Positions 24,658 through 37,331 of a stretch of DNA of 64,000 nucleotides are shown here, piece after piece. This DNA is from Octopus vulgaris (taxonomy: Eukaryota). Numbering within the stretch: position 1 is the first letter of the stretch; the number at the start of each line of letters is the position of its first letter. The notes beneath the pieces were generated by a model. It saw only the letters and a program-made list of their open reading frames with translations. It was not told the origin of the DNA and did no database searches. The stretch is taken from positions 30,008,001 to 30,072,000 of the forward strand of contig OX597831.1 of NCBI GenBank assembly GCA_951406725.2. Reading direction: 5' to 3'. Both the position numbers and the translations under genes were made by a program.

Positions 24658-25600
24658 CAATGCTAAACAAATTAATGAACACTAAATGACATCAGACATA
24701 GAGCAGAGGGAGGGGGGCACTTGGGTGGATGGAAGGGTTAGTTGATTAGGTCTAAACCTACCCCCCTTACGCCAACCCCCCCCCTGCTCCTCTAAATTAC
24801 AGGTATTTTATTTTATTTTTTTACCAATGAATGCCAAGCAAGCTCTTTGTGAGAATTAACCCTGAAGCCTTTAGATTACCCTGTCAAACGTAATGCTTAT
24901 TTATGAGGTTCTTTTCAAGGAATTAATCATACCTTATCTCAAACCACAAGCTTCAGACAGATCTCAGTAGAAAATGTGATTGTTCAGTTTTAGAATGACA
25001 TTGTAGGTTAGGTGTGAAAGGTCAGATCTGGCCTGTTTTTTTTTTAACAGTTTGGTATAAATGTCAAAAGGTTAAACTCAAGACACCATCATCATCAGTG
25101 TCGTCATCAACATCATAATTAGTATCATCATCATCATCATCATCATCGTCATCATCACCATTTAACTTCCATTTTTCCTTGCTCTCATGGTTTGGACAGG
25201 ACTTGTTGATCTCGATTTTTCTATGGCCCGATGCCCTTCCTATTGCCAACATTCATCAATTTCCAAAGAAGGCAAATATTTCCCCCGCATGTCCAGACAC
25301 GGCTCAGAAGATTGGAAAGGGTGACAGTCATTTTAGGATTACCCCCATGAAGTCAGGGCAAAGAGACAGCAACAAACATGCACACACACACACATACACG
25401 AAGGGGTGCTAAAAACTTCCTGGCTTTGGGTAAAATATTCAACATATTTCTCTTTCAGATTCACACACTTATTGCCGTGGTTCTTCAGCTTTTCTAAGCC
25501 CTGTAAAAAAAACACGGAAGATTGGGGCTCCAACCAGGCCTTTTGTGATACCCTTAAAGCTGTGAACTTTTCAACACCTTTTTTTTGCAAATTTGAGCAA

Positions 25601-25625
<25 letters not shown>

Positions 25626-25632
<7 letters not shown>

Positions 25633-26000
25633 TTAAAAGCACCATTCGAACGTGATCGTTACCTGCGTCACCTTACTGGCACTTGTGCTGGTGGCACATG
25701 AAAAAACATTCGAGCGAGGTCATTGCCAGTGCCGCTGGACCGGCTCCTGTGCAGGTGGCACATAAAAAGCACCATTTGAGCATGGCCATTGCCAGTACCA
25801 GATGACTGGTCCTCGTGCGGGTGGCACATAAAAGCACCCACTACACTCTCGGAGTGGTTGACATTAGGAAGGGCATCCAGCTGTAGAAACTCTGCCAGAT
25901 CAGATTGGAGCTTGATGCAGGCATCTGGTTCACCAAACCTCAGTCAAATCGTCCAACCCATGCCAGCATGGAAAGCGGACGTTAAACGATGATGATGATG
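25626..26000 (+). mobile_element. Family B element with 3 diverged internal units
   Basis: tggca(c/t)...aaaa(g)cac motifs at ~63-bp spacing, then family B terminus and (GAT)n. Confidence 0.85.
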
Positions 26001-26257
26001 AATGGTCTATTTTCATTTTCTGTCAACCAAATCCCTTCACAAGAACTACAGTGGGCACTTGTCAAAGGTTAATGGTGCAACACACAAGGATTGAACTTGA
26101 CACCATGTGACTGGAAAGCAATACTTGAACCCAAATTAATGCAGGGCCATAAATTAGTACAGTTAAACATTGTTGATGATAGAACAGTGTCTCTGGTAGA
26201 GACCCACACATAAGGAACAGTCCTTCAGCTATGGTGACTACATTTAACCCTTTAGCA

Positions 26258-26555
26258 CAGTGGTTCTCAACCATCTTTTACCTATGGACTCCTTTGATAA
26301 TAATTCTATTCTAGTGGACCCCAAAAGCCAGTCAATGTTTAAAGCTAGTTTTGGAGATACTGCTTTCAAAATTCCTGTTTTGTTCTTTCACACATCCACT
26401 TGTGTGATTTGAACTATGTAAAGTTAGAGAAACAAACCTAGTTGTTTCTTGTACACCTAATGCAAAATTTTTTGATGGAACCCTAAAATATTCCTGTAGA
26501 TCCCCAGTTTACTATTTTCCTTGTGAAGACCCCTAAAAATCTTGTATGAACCCTG
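26258..26555 (+). mobile_element. hAT-like MITE fragment (one end only)
   Basis: Starts CAGTGGTTCTCAACC, a typical hAT TIR; the other TIR is not found and the element abuts a SINE. Confidence 0.45.
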
Positions 26556-26678
26556 AGTGGACTGGAGTGATGAGAAATAAAGTGTCTTGCTCAAGGACAC
26601 AATGCATTGCAGAGAATTGAACTCACGACTTCACAATCGTGAGCCGAATGCCCTAACCACTAAGCCATGCGCCTTCAC
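26555..26678 (-). mobile_element. tRNA-derived SINE head
   Basis: Reverse complement gaaggcgcatggcttagtggttagggcattcggctcacg...gagttcaattc...gtgtccttgagcaagacac. Confidence 0.8.
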
Positions 26679-27120
26679 TTTATATACACCCTACCTATAC
26701 ACTCCACATTACACTTTTTCCCACCTCTCTCTTTCCACCCCAACCCATTCACTAATACTATAAAAAGAGACAAATCCCTTCACAAAATTTAAATCTGAAG
26801 AATCTATTAGAGCAGATGAAAGTGCTTATATATATTTTGTAAAAACATATGACATGTTAATAAATATTTGTATATATACAACCATCCAGATCTCTGAATA
26901 CCTTATTTTTTCCAAATATATATATGTGTGTATGTGTGTGTATATATCTCTGTATATATATGTATATATGTGTATATATATATATATGTATATATCTATA
27001 TATATGCGTATATGTATATATATGTATATGTGTATATATGTGTATATATATATATATGTATATATGTGTATATATATATATATGTATACATATATATGTA
27101 TATATATGTATATATATATA

Positions 27121-27163
<43 letters not shown>

Positions 27164-29587
27164 GCATACACACACACACACACACAGACATACATATGAA
27201 CACAGTAATGGTGGAGGTGGTGGTTTGTTGTCATGGGTAACATAAGCGGTGATGGTGATGATGATACAAAAATTGTTCCTGGCAACGGTGGTGGTAGCAA
27301 TAAGCATGGTCTCTATTGGAGAACTTTTGATCAGCACTTACTGACTCGAGGCTAAACAACAACAACAACTCTTGGAAGAACAGTCTCCTACTACTACTAC
27401 TACCACCACCACTACTTGAACACTGACCACTTACTACCAAAACCAGTACTACTACTACTACTTCTACTACTAATACTAATACCACCACCACCACTACTAC
27501 TATCACTACTACTGCTACTATCACTACTACTACTACTACCACCACCACCACTACCACCACCACTACTACTACAATATGAACCTCTACAAGATCAGAAAGT
27601 CTGCAAGAAATAGCTGCCAAATCTCACTCAAGCCACATCTCTGCAATCTCAGGAAAGAAGGCATTGGATAAAGGGGGTGGGGGCCTCGTGTTTTCTATGT
27701 TTGAGAAAAAGACGGGATGGTCACCGCTGGAGCGTCTTTCATAATAGGTCTGCCCTAAAGCTAAGCAACTACTAGTACCATCATCTTCACCACAACCACT
27801 ACCGCTACTACTACTACTGCTGCTGTTACCACTGCCACTACTACTACAGCTGCTACTACTACTACTACTACAACTATCACTAAAACTACTACTACTACAG
27901 TCTCTACTACTATCATTACTACTACTACTATCACTACTGTTACTACTACAACTACTACTACTACAGTCTATACTACTACTACTACTATCACTACTACTAC
28001 TACTACTACAATTACTACTATCCAACTACTACTACTACTACTACTACAGTATCAAACCAAGTGAACCTATGTCGTCACCGTTTTTGTCTGCTAGAAATAG
28101 AAACCAAATCTTCCAAAGATTACAATTTAACATCTTTAAAAATGTGACATGGGCGCAAGTATGGCCGAGTGAATTTGGGAAAAGGAAACTGTGTTGAATC
28201 CCGTCGTATAAATGTATGTGTCTGTGTTTCTCTCTCTCTCTCTCTTCTCACACGCACACCACTTGACAACCGATGCTGGTTTGTTTATGTCCCTGTGATT
28301 TAACGGTTCGGTAAAAGTGACAGGCAGAATAGGAAACAGACATTTAAAAAGTACCGAAGCCGTCGGGCCGTCTGTTCGATAACAGAGACCCCTCAAGGCG
28401 GTGTCCCGAGCATGGATGCAATTCAAGGACTGAAGCGAACTAAAGTTAAGCAACAAAAGGTAGAAAGATATTGTAATGTTAACTACACACTGTCCGCAAA
28501 AGTCGGGATGGCCGCGGACAGAACGCTTTTTATCATAGACCTTCCGGATAAAGGCTGAAACTAGGGGGTTAACATTGGTTTCTGACGTACGGTACAAGTC
28601 CTTAAGTTTTGTCGGATGTGGGGCTGGGAGAAGAACACAATCAAATAGTCTTCAGTATTTTACTGGTAGTTCATCGGTTCCTGGAACGATGAAAGTTAGA
28701 GCAGATACGGGTGAGATTTGAACTCACAACCTGAGACGATCTATAAAAAACACTGCCGGCACTCTATCGGCAAGTTATAAAATCTTCAAGTTAAAACAAA
28801 ACGTGTACTATAGAGGAAAACTGTTTTGTTATAAATACATACACATACATATATATGCTCACATACCTGCCTACATGTAGACCTACATACACACACAAAC
28901 ATATATGTATATGTGATTGAGTAAATGTATGTATCTATGTATGCGTATGTACAGGTATATATGCGTGTATGTGTATGCATTCGCATTTACCTCTCTCAAA
29001 CGTTGCATTTGCGACCAGTCTAGGGCACCTCTTTCAAGAGTTTTATCGAAATCTTTCATCGTACCTCCCAAGTTTATAAAATAATATGGAAGATACATAC
29101 ACACACGCGCGCACGCATGTACTGTGAGCTGTTAATATTTTCCCACATGCAAAATGAAGGCGGTGCCCCAGTATGACCGCAGTCCAATAAATGAGACAAC
29201 TAAAGGAATACAATCTGAGTACAACAGACCAAGGAGGTGCGTCTACGTAGTAGTTGCACGATTGCTAGAAACAACAGCCAAAACGGCGACCTGCAGTCAG
29301 AAAGAAGGAAAATGGAATGACACTTCGGATAATGTAGTCCTACACGACTGTACACAAAAATACTTGATAATCACAGCTGTAGCAAGCCTTAGATCAGGTC
29401 TGACCCGGGGTTAAACAACACCAGCAACACTAAATACAAAAGCTTTAACCATTGAACATGTGAAATCTGTAGTTCTACTTACATTTGGTATGGCGAGGCA
29501 TTGTTTGGTCAGCACGTCCCAAAAATTTTGAAAAACCTAAAGATAAACAAAAAACCAATAGTCAACAGTATACATACATACATATAT

Positions 29588-29666
<79 letters not shown>

Positions 29667-30859
29667 ATTAAGGTGGCTATTCGCAGTTTAAAAAGCGAAA
29701 GGCACAAGTGACTAAGGATGTTAGTGAGCACCCAGCATTGCTAGAAATAGGAGTCGAATCAACTCTTAGCCACGGGCAAAGCACTTATCTGTATATATTG
29801 TATACAGTCTATATATTGGAGCAAGTGTATAGTAAGAACCAGCACATGTATGCAGATGTTGACATTAAAAGAACATTTACTACATTCATAATTCAAATTA
29901 AATTACCAACACATGTGGTATGTATGTGTGTTTGTATGTATGTATGTATGTATGTATGAATGTATGTATGTATGTATGTATGTATGTATGTGCGTGTGTA
30001 TATATGTGTGTTTGTATGTGTGTGTGTTTGTATGTATGTAGGTATGTGTTTGTATGTGTGTGTATGTATGTATGTATGTATGTATGTATGTATGTATGTG
30101 TGTTTGTATGATGTATGTATGTGTGTTTGTATGTATGTGTTTGTATGTATGTGTCTCTGTGTGTATGTATGTGTACGTATGTATGTTTGTATGTATGTGT
30201 TTGTATGTATGTGTGTTTGTATGTATGTGTGTATGTATGTATGTATGTATGTATGCATGTATGTATGTATTTATGTATGTATGTATGTGTGTTTATATGT
30301 ATGTATGCATGTATGTATGTATGTATGTATGTATGTATGTATGTATGTATGTATGTGTGTGTGTATGTGTGTTTGTATGTATGTATGTGCGTGTGTGTGT
30401 GTGTCTATGTGCAATGTGTATATATTCGAGTTAATTTACTACATCTTCGGAGATGAGTCAACGAGGGCACCGCTATCTGGTCGCACGGTTTACTAGAAAT
30501 AACAGCTAACTCACCCTCAAATTAAGCTCCACAGTCTTAAAAAAGGGAGGACACGTTGGATGTTGCAGTCCTTGACGTCCCGAAAGAAAGAGACTGGAGC
30601 GGTTTTTGATCATACGCCTGTCTGGAGCAGGACCAACCTAGGGCGAGATGACAACTCTGCGCGCGCGCGCGTGTGCGTGTGTAATTGTCAAAATATGTTT
30701 ATGTAAATTAACACATTAATGTGTGTGCGTGTGTGTATTTGTGTGTGTTTGTAGGTGTGTGTGTGTATGTGCGCGTGCGTGTGCGTGTGTCTATTGTTCT
30801 TAAGTGATGGACAACGAAAGATGATTTCGTGTTCTTTTTACAAACGAGCGAAAGAAGGT

Positions 30860-31960
30860 CGTGAGAATAAAAGTTGGTCAAAAGGAAAGAAATGATAAGA
30901 CAAACAAAGCAATGAGTAAAGAGGCGAAAGGAAGGAAGGAAGGAAGGAAAGAGAAAAGAAAAGAGAACAAGAAGAAAGAGCGTAAGAAGAGTAGAGAGAG
31001 CGAACTCACAGCATGGGTGATCACAGAACGACCGGCGAAAACTGTTTAAAGTGGATATAGAAAGAGAGGAGGAGGAGGAGGAGGAGGATTAGAAGGAATG
31101 TAAAGAGAGGAAGTGAAAAGAGAGAAAGGAAGGCGAAAACAACTGGATGGGAGGAGGAGGTTTAAATTGAGTGAACGAAGGTAAGAAGTGAGGGAGAAGA
31201 AAAAGTGTAAAAACTATAATGAAAGGAGGAGGAAGAGGAGGAGGTAAAATGAAGTGAATTAGGAGCTTGAAGCCAACCAAGAATGTAGGAGGAGATGAAG
31301 TAAAGAAGTGAAAGAAGGAAAGAAAATAGATAGAAAGATAAATATGAAGAAGAAAAAAAAAAGGAAGAGGTTAAGTGGACTAAGAGGGATGTAGAGAGAA
31401 AGGGTAAAACTGTGTGAGGGGAGAAGGAGAGGAAATTAAGAACTGAGAAAATAATTGGAGGGAGAAGGGGGAGACAGTGAAATAGTAACTGGAAAAACAT
31501 GAATGAAATTGGTAGTGAGTAATAGGAAGAGGGAAGAAATAAGACTGGAGGAAAATGTGGGAGGAAGAGGGAGATAAGAGATAAGTGAGAGAGGAAGGCC
31601 GGGTGATAAGGGGGGCGGGGTAAGAAGGAAGTGAAAGATAAAGAATGTAGAAGGAAGTACAAAGAAACTGGAGATGGGAAGAGGGTGAAGTGAGAGGTGT
31701 AGATAAAAGGAAAGAAATAGAGGAGTGAGTGATTATAAGAAGGGGAGGAGAAGAAAAAAAGAGAGATTAGAGGAGAAAACGAGGGAAAGAGAGAGAGAAG
31801 GAGAGGGAGGGAGAGAAGAGGTAGAGGAAGAGGTAGAGATTTAAGGAGTAGAGAAATTATATGAGAGGGTGAGAGAGAAAAGGTGGTGTTAGGTGGAGAG
31901 CGACGAAGGGGAGGATTGACGGACAGATAGGTAGATAGATAGTAATAGATATGTCTTCCT
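30860..31960 (+). repeat. 1.1-kb purine-rich (GA/GGA/GAA) low-complexity tract
   Basis: Strong G+A bias on the + strand with very few C. Confidence 0.85.
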
Positions 31961-32340
31961 TCCGGCTACAAGGTGGATTGATGACTCTTTTGGGGTCTAC
32001 CTTGACAAGGGCATGGGGGGATTTTCATAAGAAACACAAGGTGCTATTCTTCGGGTCGGATCCGTTTTAGTAGGTGCTAGGTTACACTCGCTTGTTACCC
32101 GAAATCTAGGGTCGGAACAAACCGGTCATTTAACACGCACACACTCACACACATACACACACAGATACATGCATACACATACACATACATACATTTTTTT
32201 TTTTTTTCAGAATTAAAAAAAAAACAAATGGAAAATATATGTATTCTTCTACTTGTGTCAGTCATTTGACTAGGCCATGCTGGAGCACTGCCTTTGTTTC
32301 AGTCGTTTCACTGTGGCCATGCTGGGGCACCGCCTTGAAG

Positions 32341-32703
32341 AATGGTCGGGGGGGAGGGGGGTCGATTCATTCGACGGTACTACTTAAGAATAGTGGTCCC
32401 GGTGCGCGCACTCGTGTACTCGTGCATCCGCACTTGTCAGTCGTGATTAGTCGATCCTCACTTTTGCTTTTGTGTTTTATTTACTTTGTTTAAAAAAAAA
32501 TTATTTACTTTTTGTTTTTGTGTTTTATTTAATTTCTTTTTAAAAATTTATTTATTTTGTGTTTTATTTACTTTACTAGGTGGTTGTAGGATCGACTAGT
32601 CAAGACTAGCTAGCGCGCATGCGTGAGTACGCGAGTGCGCGCACCGGGACCACTCTTCTTAAGTAATACCGTCGAATGAATCGACCCCCTTCCCTCGACC
32701 ATT
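32341..32703. mobile_element. CpG-rich fold-back/MITE-like insert (~116-bp inverted arms, T-rich spacer) inside a family A SINE
   Basis: 32341-32458 is an imperfect reverse complement of 32588-32703; family A sequence continues on both sides. Confidence 0.8.
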
Positions 32704-34681
32704 TTTTTTTTTAATACTTGCCAGGTGCTTATTCTATCGGTTTCTTTTGCGGAATCGCTATGTTTCGCGGACGGAAACATCAACCCCGACTCTCATGTGT
32801 GTGGGGATAGGTTTCTTTTTCAGTTTCCATCTACCAAATCCACTCATATGACTTTGGTCGGCCCAAGGCTACAGTAAAAGTCACTTGCCCAAGGTGCCAC
32901 GCAGTGGGACTGAACCCGGAACCATGTAGTAGTGGAAAACAAGCTTCATATAACACAACCAACACGAGGATTGCAGAGGCAATGCTGTAGCAATTCCGCC
33001 TAATCCACGGCCCTAGTCTAGAATGCTTAATTTCATCGACCCCAAAAAGACGAACAGACTAAGATGGCTACAGCTGGATTTGAACGTGAGACCACAAAGA
33101 ACCAGGTTAAATACCGCAAGGTATTCGGTCCGACGTTTAAACAATTCCGTAAAATCGCCGCCTTACTAATTATGTAATTAACAGAGATTGTTAATAAGCA
33201 AACTTCTCCCAACACATTCATCCATACATTATTTATACACATACGTACACACATGCATGCATACACAGTTACACGCATACATACATACATCCATACACCC
33301 AAACACAGCTATACACACACATTTATGTAACCACATACATGCATACAACCACATAAACGCACACACACACACGCACATCTCAGATATGGTCTGCCTGCCT
33401 CCTCCTCTTAATATGTCTCCCCTTTCAGACCTTCTTCCTCCTCCTCCTCCCACGTCTCATCGTATGACACTTGCTCCCATCTTCCCTGCGTTACCTCCTC
33501 TTTCTCTGTTTATCCTTCAACTCTTAACCTTTTTTTTTTTGTCTGATTGTCTGTCGGTCTTTTGATCACCGCCTGCTTCTCTAACGAGTGTGTAGAACTA
33601 CCTGTTAATCTATCTATCAGTCTATCCAGCTGTCTGTCTATTGATTGTCTATCCTTTTGATCGGAATTTGCCCCCCCCACTTTTTTCCTTTTTCCCAAAA
33701 AGCAAAGCTCTACTTTGTATTTTGTCCCTTCTGTGTTTATCTATTTATCTGTCTGTCTATCAGTCTATCTGTCTATCTATCTCTCTACCTACCTATCTAT
33801 CTATCTATCTATCTATCTGTCTGTCTATCTCTCTCTCTACCTATCTATCTATCTGTCTGTCTGTCTATCTCTCGCTCTACCTATCTATCTGTCTATCTAT
33901 CTATTTGTCTATCTATCTGTCTATATCTATCTATCTGTCTCTCTGTCTCTCTCTCTCTCTACCTATCTATCTGTCTAAATGACTATCTATCTGTTTGTCT
34001 ATCTATCTATCTGCCTGTCTATCTATCTGTCTGTCTATCTCTCTCTCTCTCTCTACCTATCTATCTATTTGTCTATCTATCTATCTGTCTGTCTATCTAT
34101 CTGTATGTATGTATCTATCTATCAGTGACTGTGTATCATTACGCATACGTGTTATATGTGTATGTGTCTCTGCGTGTGTCTCTCTAACCAATCGCAACCA
34201 AGTGGACCAACTTCTCTGTTTATATTTGCCAACTTTTAAAGATTTCAAGATTTCCTGTTTGCTGAGAGCAAACGTGGAAAGAACTGACAACTGTGTATGA
34301 TGTATACGCACACACACACAGACACATGCGCGCGCACATATATATATATATATATATATGTATGGGCACACACGCATATACGTATAGTGAGCGCACTTGT
34401 GTTCCGTATTCTATTCCATCAATGCTGTCCTAACTTTACACCAAGTCACAGCATGTTTATTAAACGTAGACTGTATATTTTTTATTGCCTTCACAGTGTT
34501 TACAGTTTTACATAATTAGATTAGAAAATTAGACGAAACAGAGTACATAACTAAAAAAAAGTTTTAACCCCCTTCCTCCTAAAAAAATTCACTCCCTTGG
34601 GTTGAAAAGCTGGGGGCGCTGGAAAACCTCTCTGATGGCTATTGAGGCACGCCAGTACGTTTACACACTTGCAGCATTATA

Positions 34682-35203
34682 TCTATATATATAAAACTGT
34701 AGTTGTGTGAGTGTCTGTCCCCTTCGATTTAGATTCCTAACTACTCCCACATTTTGCGGTGCAGTTTAACCAAATTCAGGTATCTTATAGTCGTGATTCA
34801 TATAGAGCCCGTCTGGGTATTAGCGCGCGTCTACGATGAGTCTACGATTTTAAAAATAATTTAACATCATTTTTTTATTCCATTTTAATGCATAATTTTT
34901 CGTGTGTCGATGGCGGCGGAGTTGGCGTCCATGGTCACACCTGCACCTGTTTACTTCTCCCCCTTCTTCCCTCCCTCGTGAAGCTGTGGGGAAGGGAGTG
35001 TAAGGAAATCAGCGTCGTAAAGCGTTGTCAAGGAGACCAGCGTTCTTTTAGAACGACTTCATGGCTTGAAGACACCAAAATTACCATCATTTTTTATTCC
35101 AATTTGAATGCATTTTTTTGCTATTTTTTTGCTATAACTCACTAAAAATGCTTATATAGTTATTTCCCTTACAAACCCGAGCAACGCCGGGCGATACTGC
35201 TAG
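34682..35203 (+). mobile_element. Complete non-autonomous Helitron (522 bp)
   Basis: 5' TCTATATATATAAA, 3' hairpin CCCGAGCAACGCCGGG then CTAG, inserted between A and T with no TSD. Confidence 0.9.
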
Positions 35204-35214
35204 TATATATATAT

Positions 35215-35425
35215 AGTGACGTATATTTGCCATTTGAATATGGCTAACCCCTAAGGGTGGATGCTACTGTAGTTTGTAGCCCAGGAGGACACCTCCTCCA
35301 GCTGGCTATAGACACACTTTCTGTGCCCTATCAGTATTTGCAAAGGGAAGCCATCCTTCCCGTCTTCAACTTATGATACACACGGACTCGAGTTTCAGAG
35401 TATTGACCTGTCATCGGCATGTGAC

Positions 35426-35426
<1 letters not shown>
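35215..35426 (-). mobile_element. Hammerhead-bearing short element (sister of 38815-39032); ribozyme motif 35379-35423, CCGA variant
   Basis: Minus: CACATG-CCGATGA-caggtcaatactct-GAAA-CTCGAG-TC-CGTGTG; palindromic stem III; (TA)n flanks. Confidence 0.75.
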
Positions 35427-35472
<46 letters not shown>

Positions 35473-35480
35473 GATGTGGT

Positions 35481-35526
<46 letters not shown>

Positions 35527-35630
35527 ATATATATGAGTTCAGTAAAATTTAGATTCAGTTGAATATGGTACTTAAGTTAAAGGCACCAGAATTTAGTATG
35601 ATCCACATAATTAAAAAAAGGGGTGATTAC

Positions 35631-35703
35631 AATCAAAATAAGCAACAAGGATACCCAGAGTAATAAGCATTATCTCTGGATATCCTTGTTGCTTATTTTG
35701 ATT
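35631..35703. repeat. Near-perfect 73-nt hairpin
   Basis: aatcaaaataagcaacaaggatacccagag-taat-aagc-atta-tctctggatatccttgttgcttattttgatt. Confidence 0.85.
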
Positions 35704-36001
35704 ATATATATATTTAAAAATACAAACTGGGACAAGAACGCAAAACATTTAGAAGACGATACAAAAAACTCGGACGGGATATTCAAAACCTTCAATCTTC
35801 AGTCAAGAACCGGATCATCCTCACAATTTCAGCTATATATATATATATATGATAAAGGGTAAAATTAATTAATTAATTAATAATTTTACCAAGTAGTTCG
35901 ATATGTTAAAAGAACCATTATCGGTAAACTTATACTTAAAATTTTATAATTATGAGTATAATTATAATTAGGGTTCAGCAAAAAATTTGCTTCACCACAT
36001 A

Positions 36002-36035
<34 letters not shown>

Positions 36036-37293
36036 CTTTGGTCAGCCCTAGGCTATAGTAGATGGCACTTGCCTGTGGGAATGAACCCAGAACCATGTGG
36101 TTGGTAAGCAAGCCACTTACCACAGCCGTATATATATGCTGATGACACCTGTTAGTCATAAGTGGTGAACGTGCTCTGCAGGCACACTACTTGGGGCTTA
36201 TCCTGTAACACAATTTGGATACTGCATTTAACGCCTACTTCCTAAACCATAATTCATTAATCCTAAAATTGGCTAATATATTCTTTTATTTTAACTGCGG
36301 CCATGCTAAAGCACTGCCTTTTAGTTGAACAAATCGACCCCGGGACTTATTCTTTGTAAGCCTAGTACTTATTCTATCGGTTACCCTTTTACCAAAACGC
36401 TAAGTTACGGAGACGCAAACACACCAGCATCGGTTGTCAAGCAATGTTGGGGGGACAAACACAGACACAGAAACACACACACACACACGCACACGCACAC
36501 ACACACGCACACACACACATATATACATCAGGCTTCTTTCAGTTTCCGTCTACCACATCCACTCACAAGATTTTGGTCGGCCCGAGGCTAAAGCAGAAGA
36601 CACTTTCTAATGGTCCCACACAGTAGGACTGAACCCAGAATCATGTGGCTGGCGCAAGCTAATATATATCATCCTCATCAATTAAGGTCCGCTTTCCATG
36701 CTGGCATGGGTTGGATGGTTCAGCTGGGGTCTGGGAAGCCAGAAGGCTGCACCAGGCCCAGTCTGATCTGGCAGTGTTTCTACAGCTGATGCCCTTCCTA
36801 ACGCCAACCACTCCGTATATATATATATATATATATTCTTATATACTTTTATTTGTTTCAGACATTTGTAAGCCTTGTACTTATTCTATTGGTTGTCGAG
36901 CAATGGTGGGGGACAAACACATATACACAAACATATATATATATACAATGGGCTTCTTTCAGTTTCCGCCTGCCAAATCCACTCACAAGGCTTTGATCAG
37001 TCCGAGGCTATAGTAGAAGACATTTGCCCAAGGTGCCACGCAGTAGGGCTGAACCCGGAACCATGTGATTGGTAAGCAAGCTACTTACCACACAGCCACT
37101 CAAACGCCTGATTTCGAGTAGTATTGGAGAGTATTGGGCAAAACTACGTGGACATTCCAGACTCCGACTGAAAAGCAATTGGCTACGAATGATCCGTGTA
37201 TCTTGTTCTGTCCTGTTTGCCGTTGTTGTGCTATTGTCCTTTTTCTGCTTGTTATGTTTCGACGATTTCCATTTATTGTGTCTTTTACCTTTG

Positions 37294-37323
<30 letters not shown>

Positions 37324-37331
<8 letters not shown>

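Noticed and set aside
27231-28025. Ser-rich or Val-rich ORFs
   Set aside because: (CTA)/(CCA)n microsatellites flanking an old repeat fragment.
36138-36175. Hammerhead (CTGATGA-cacc...ggt-GAAC)
   Set aside because: GAAA is incomplete and there is no stem I or III pairing.
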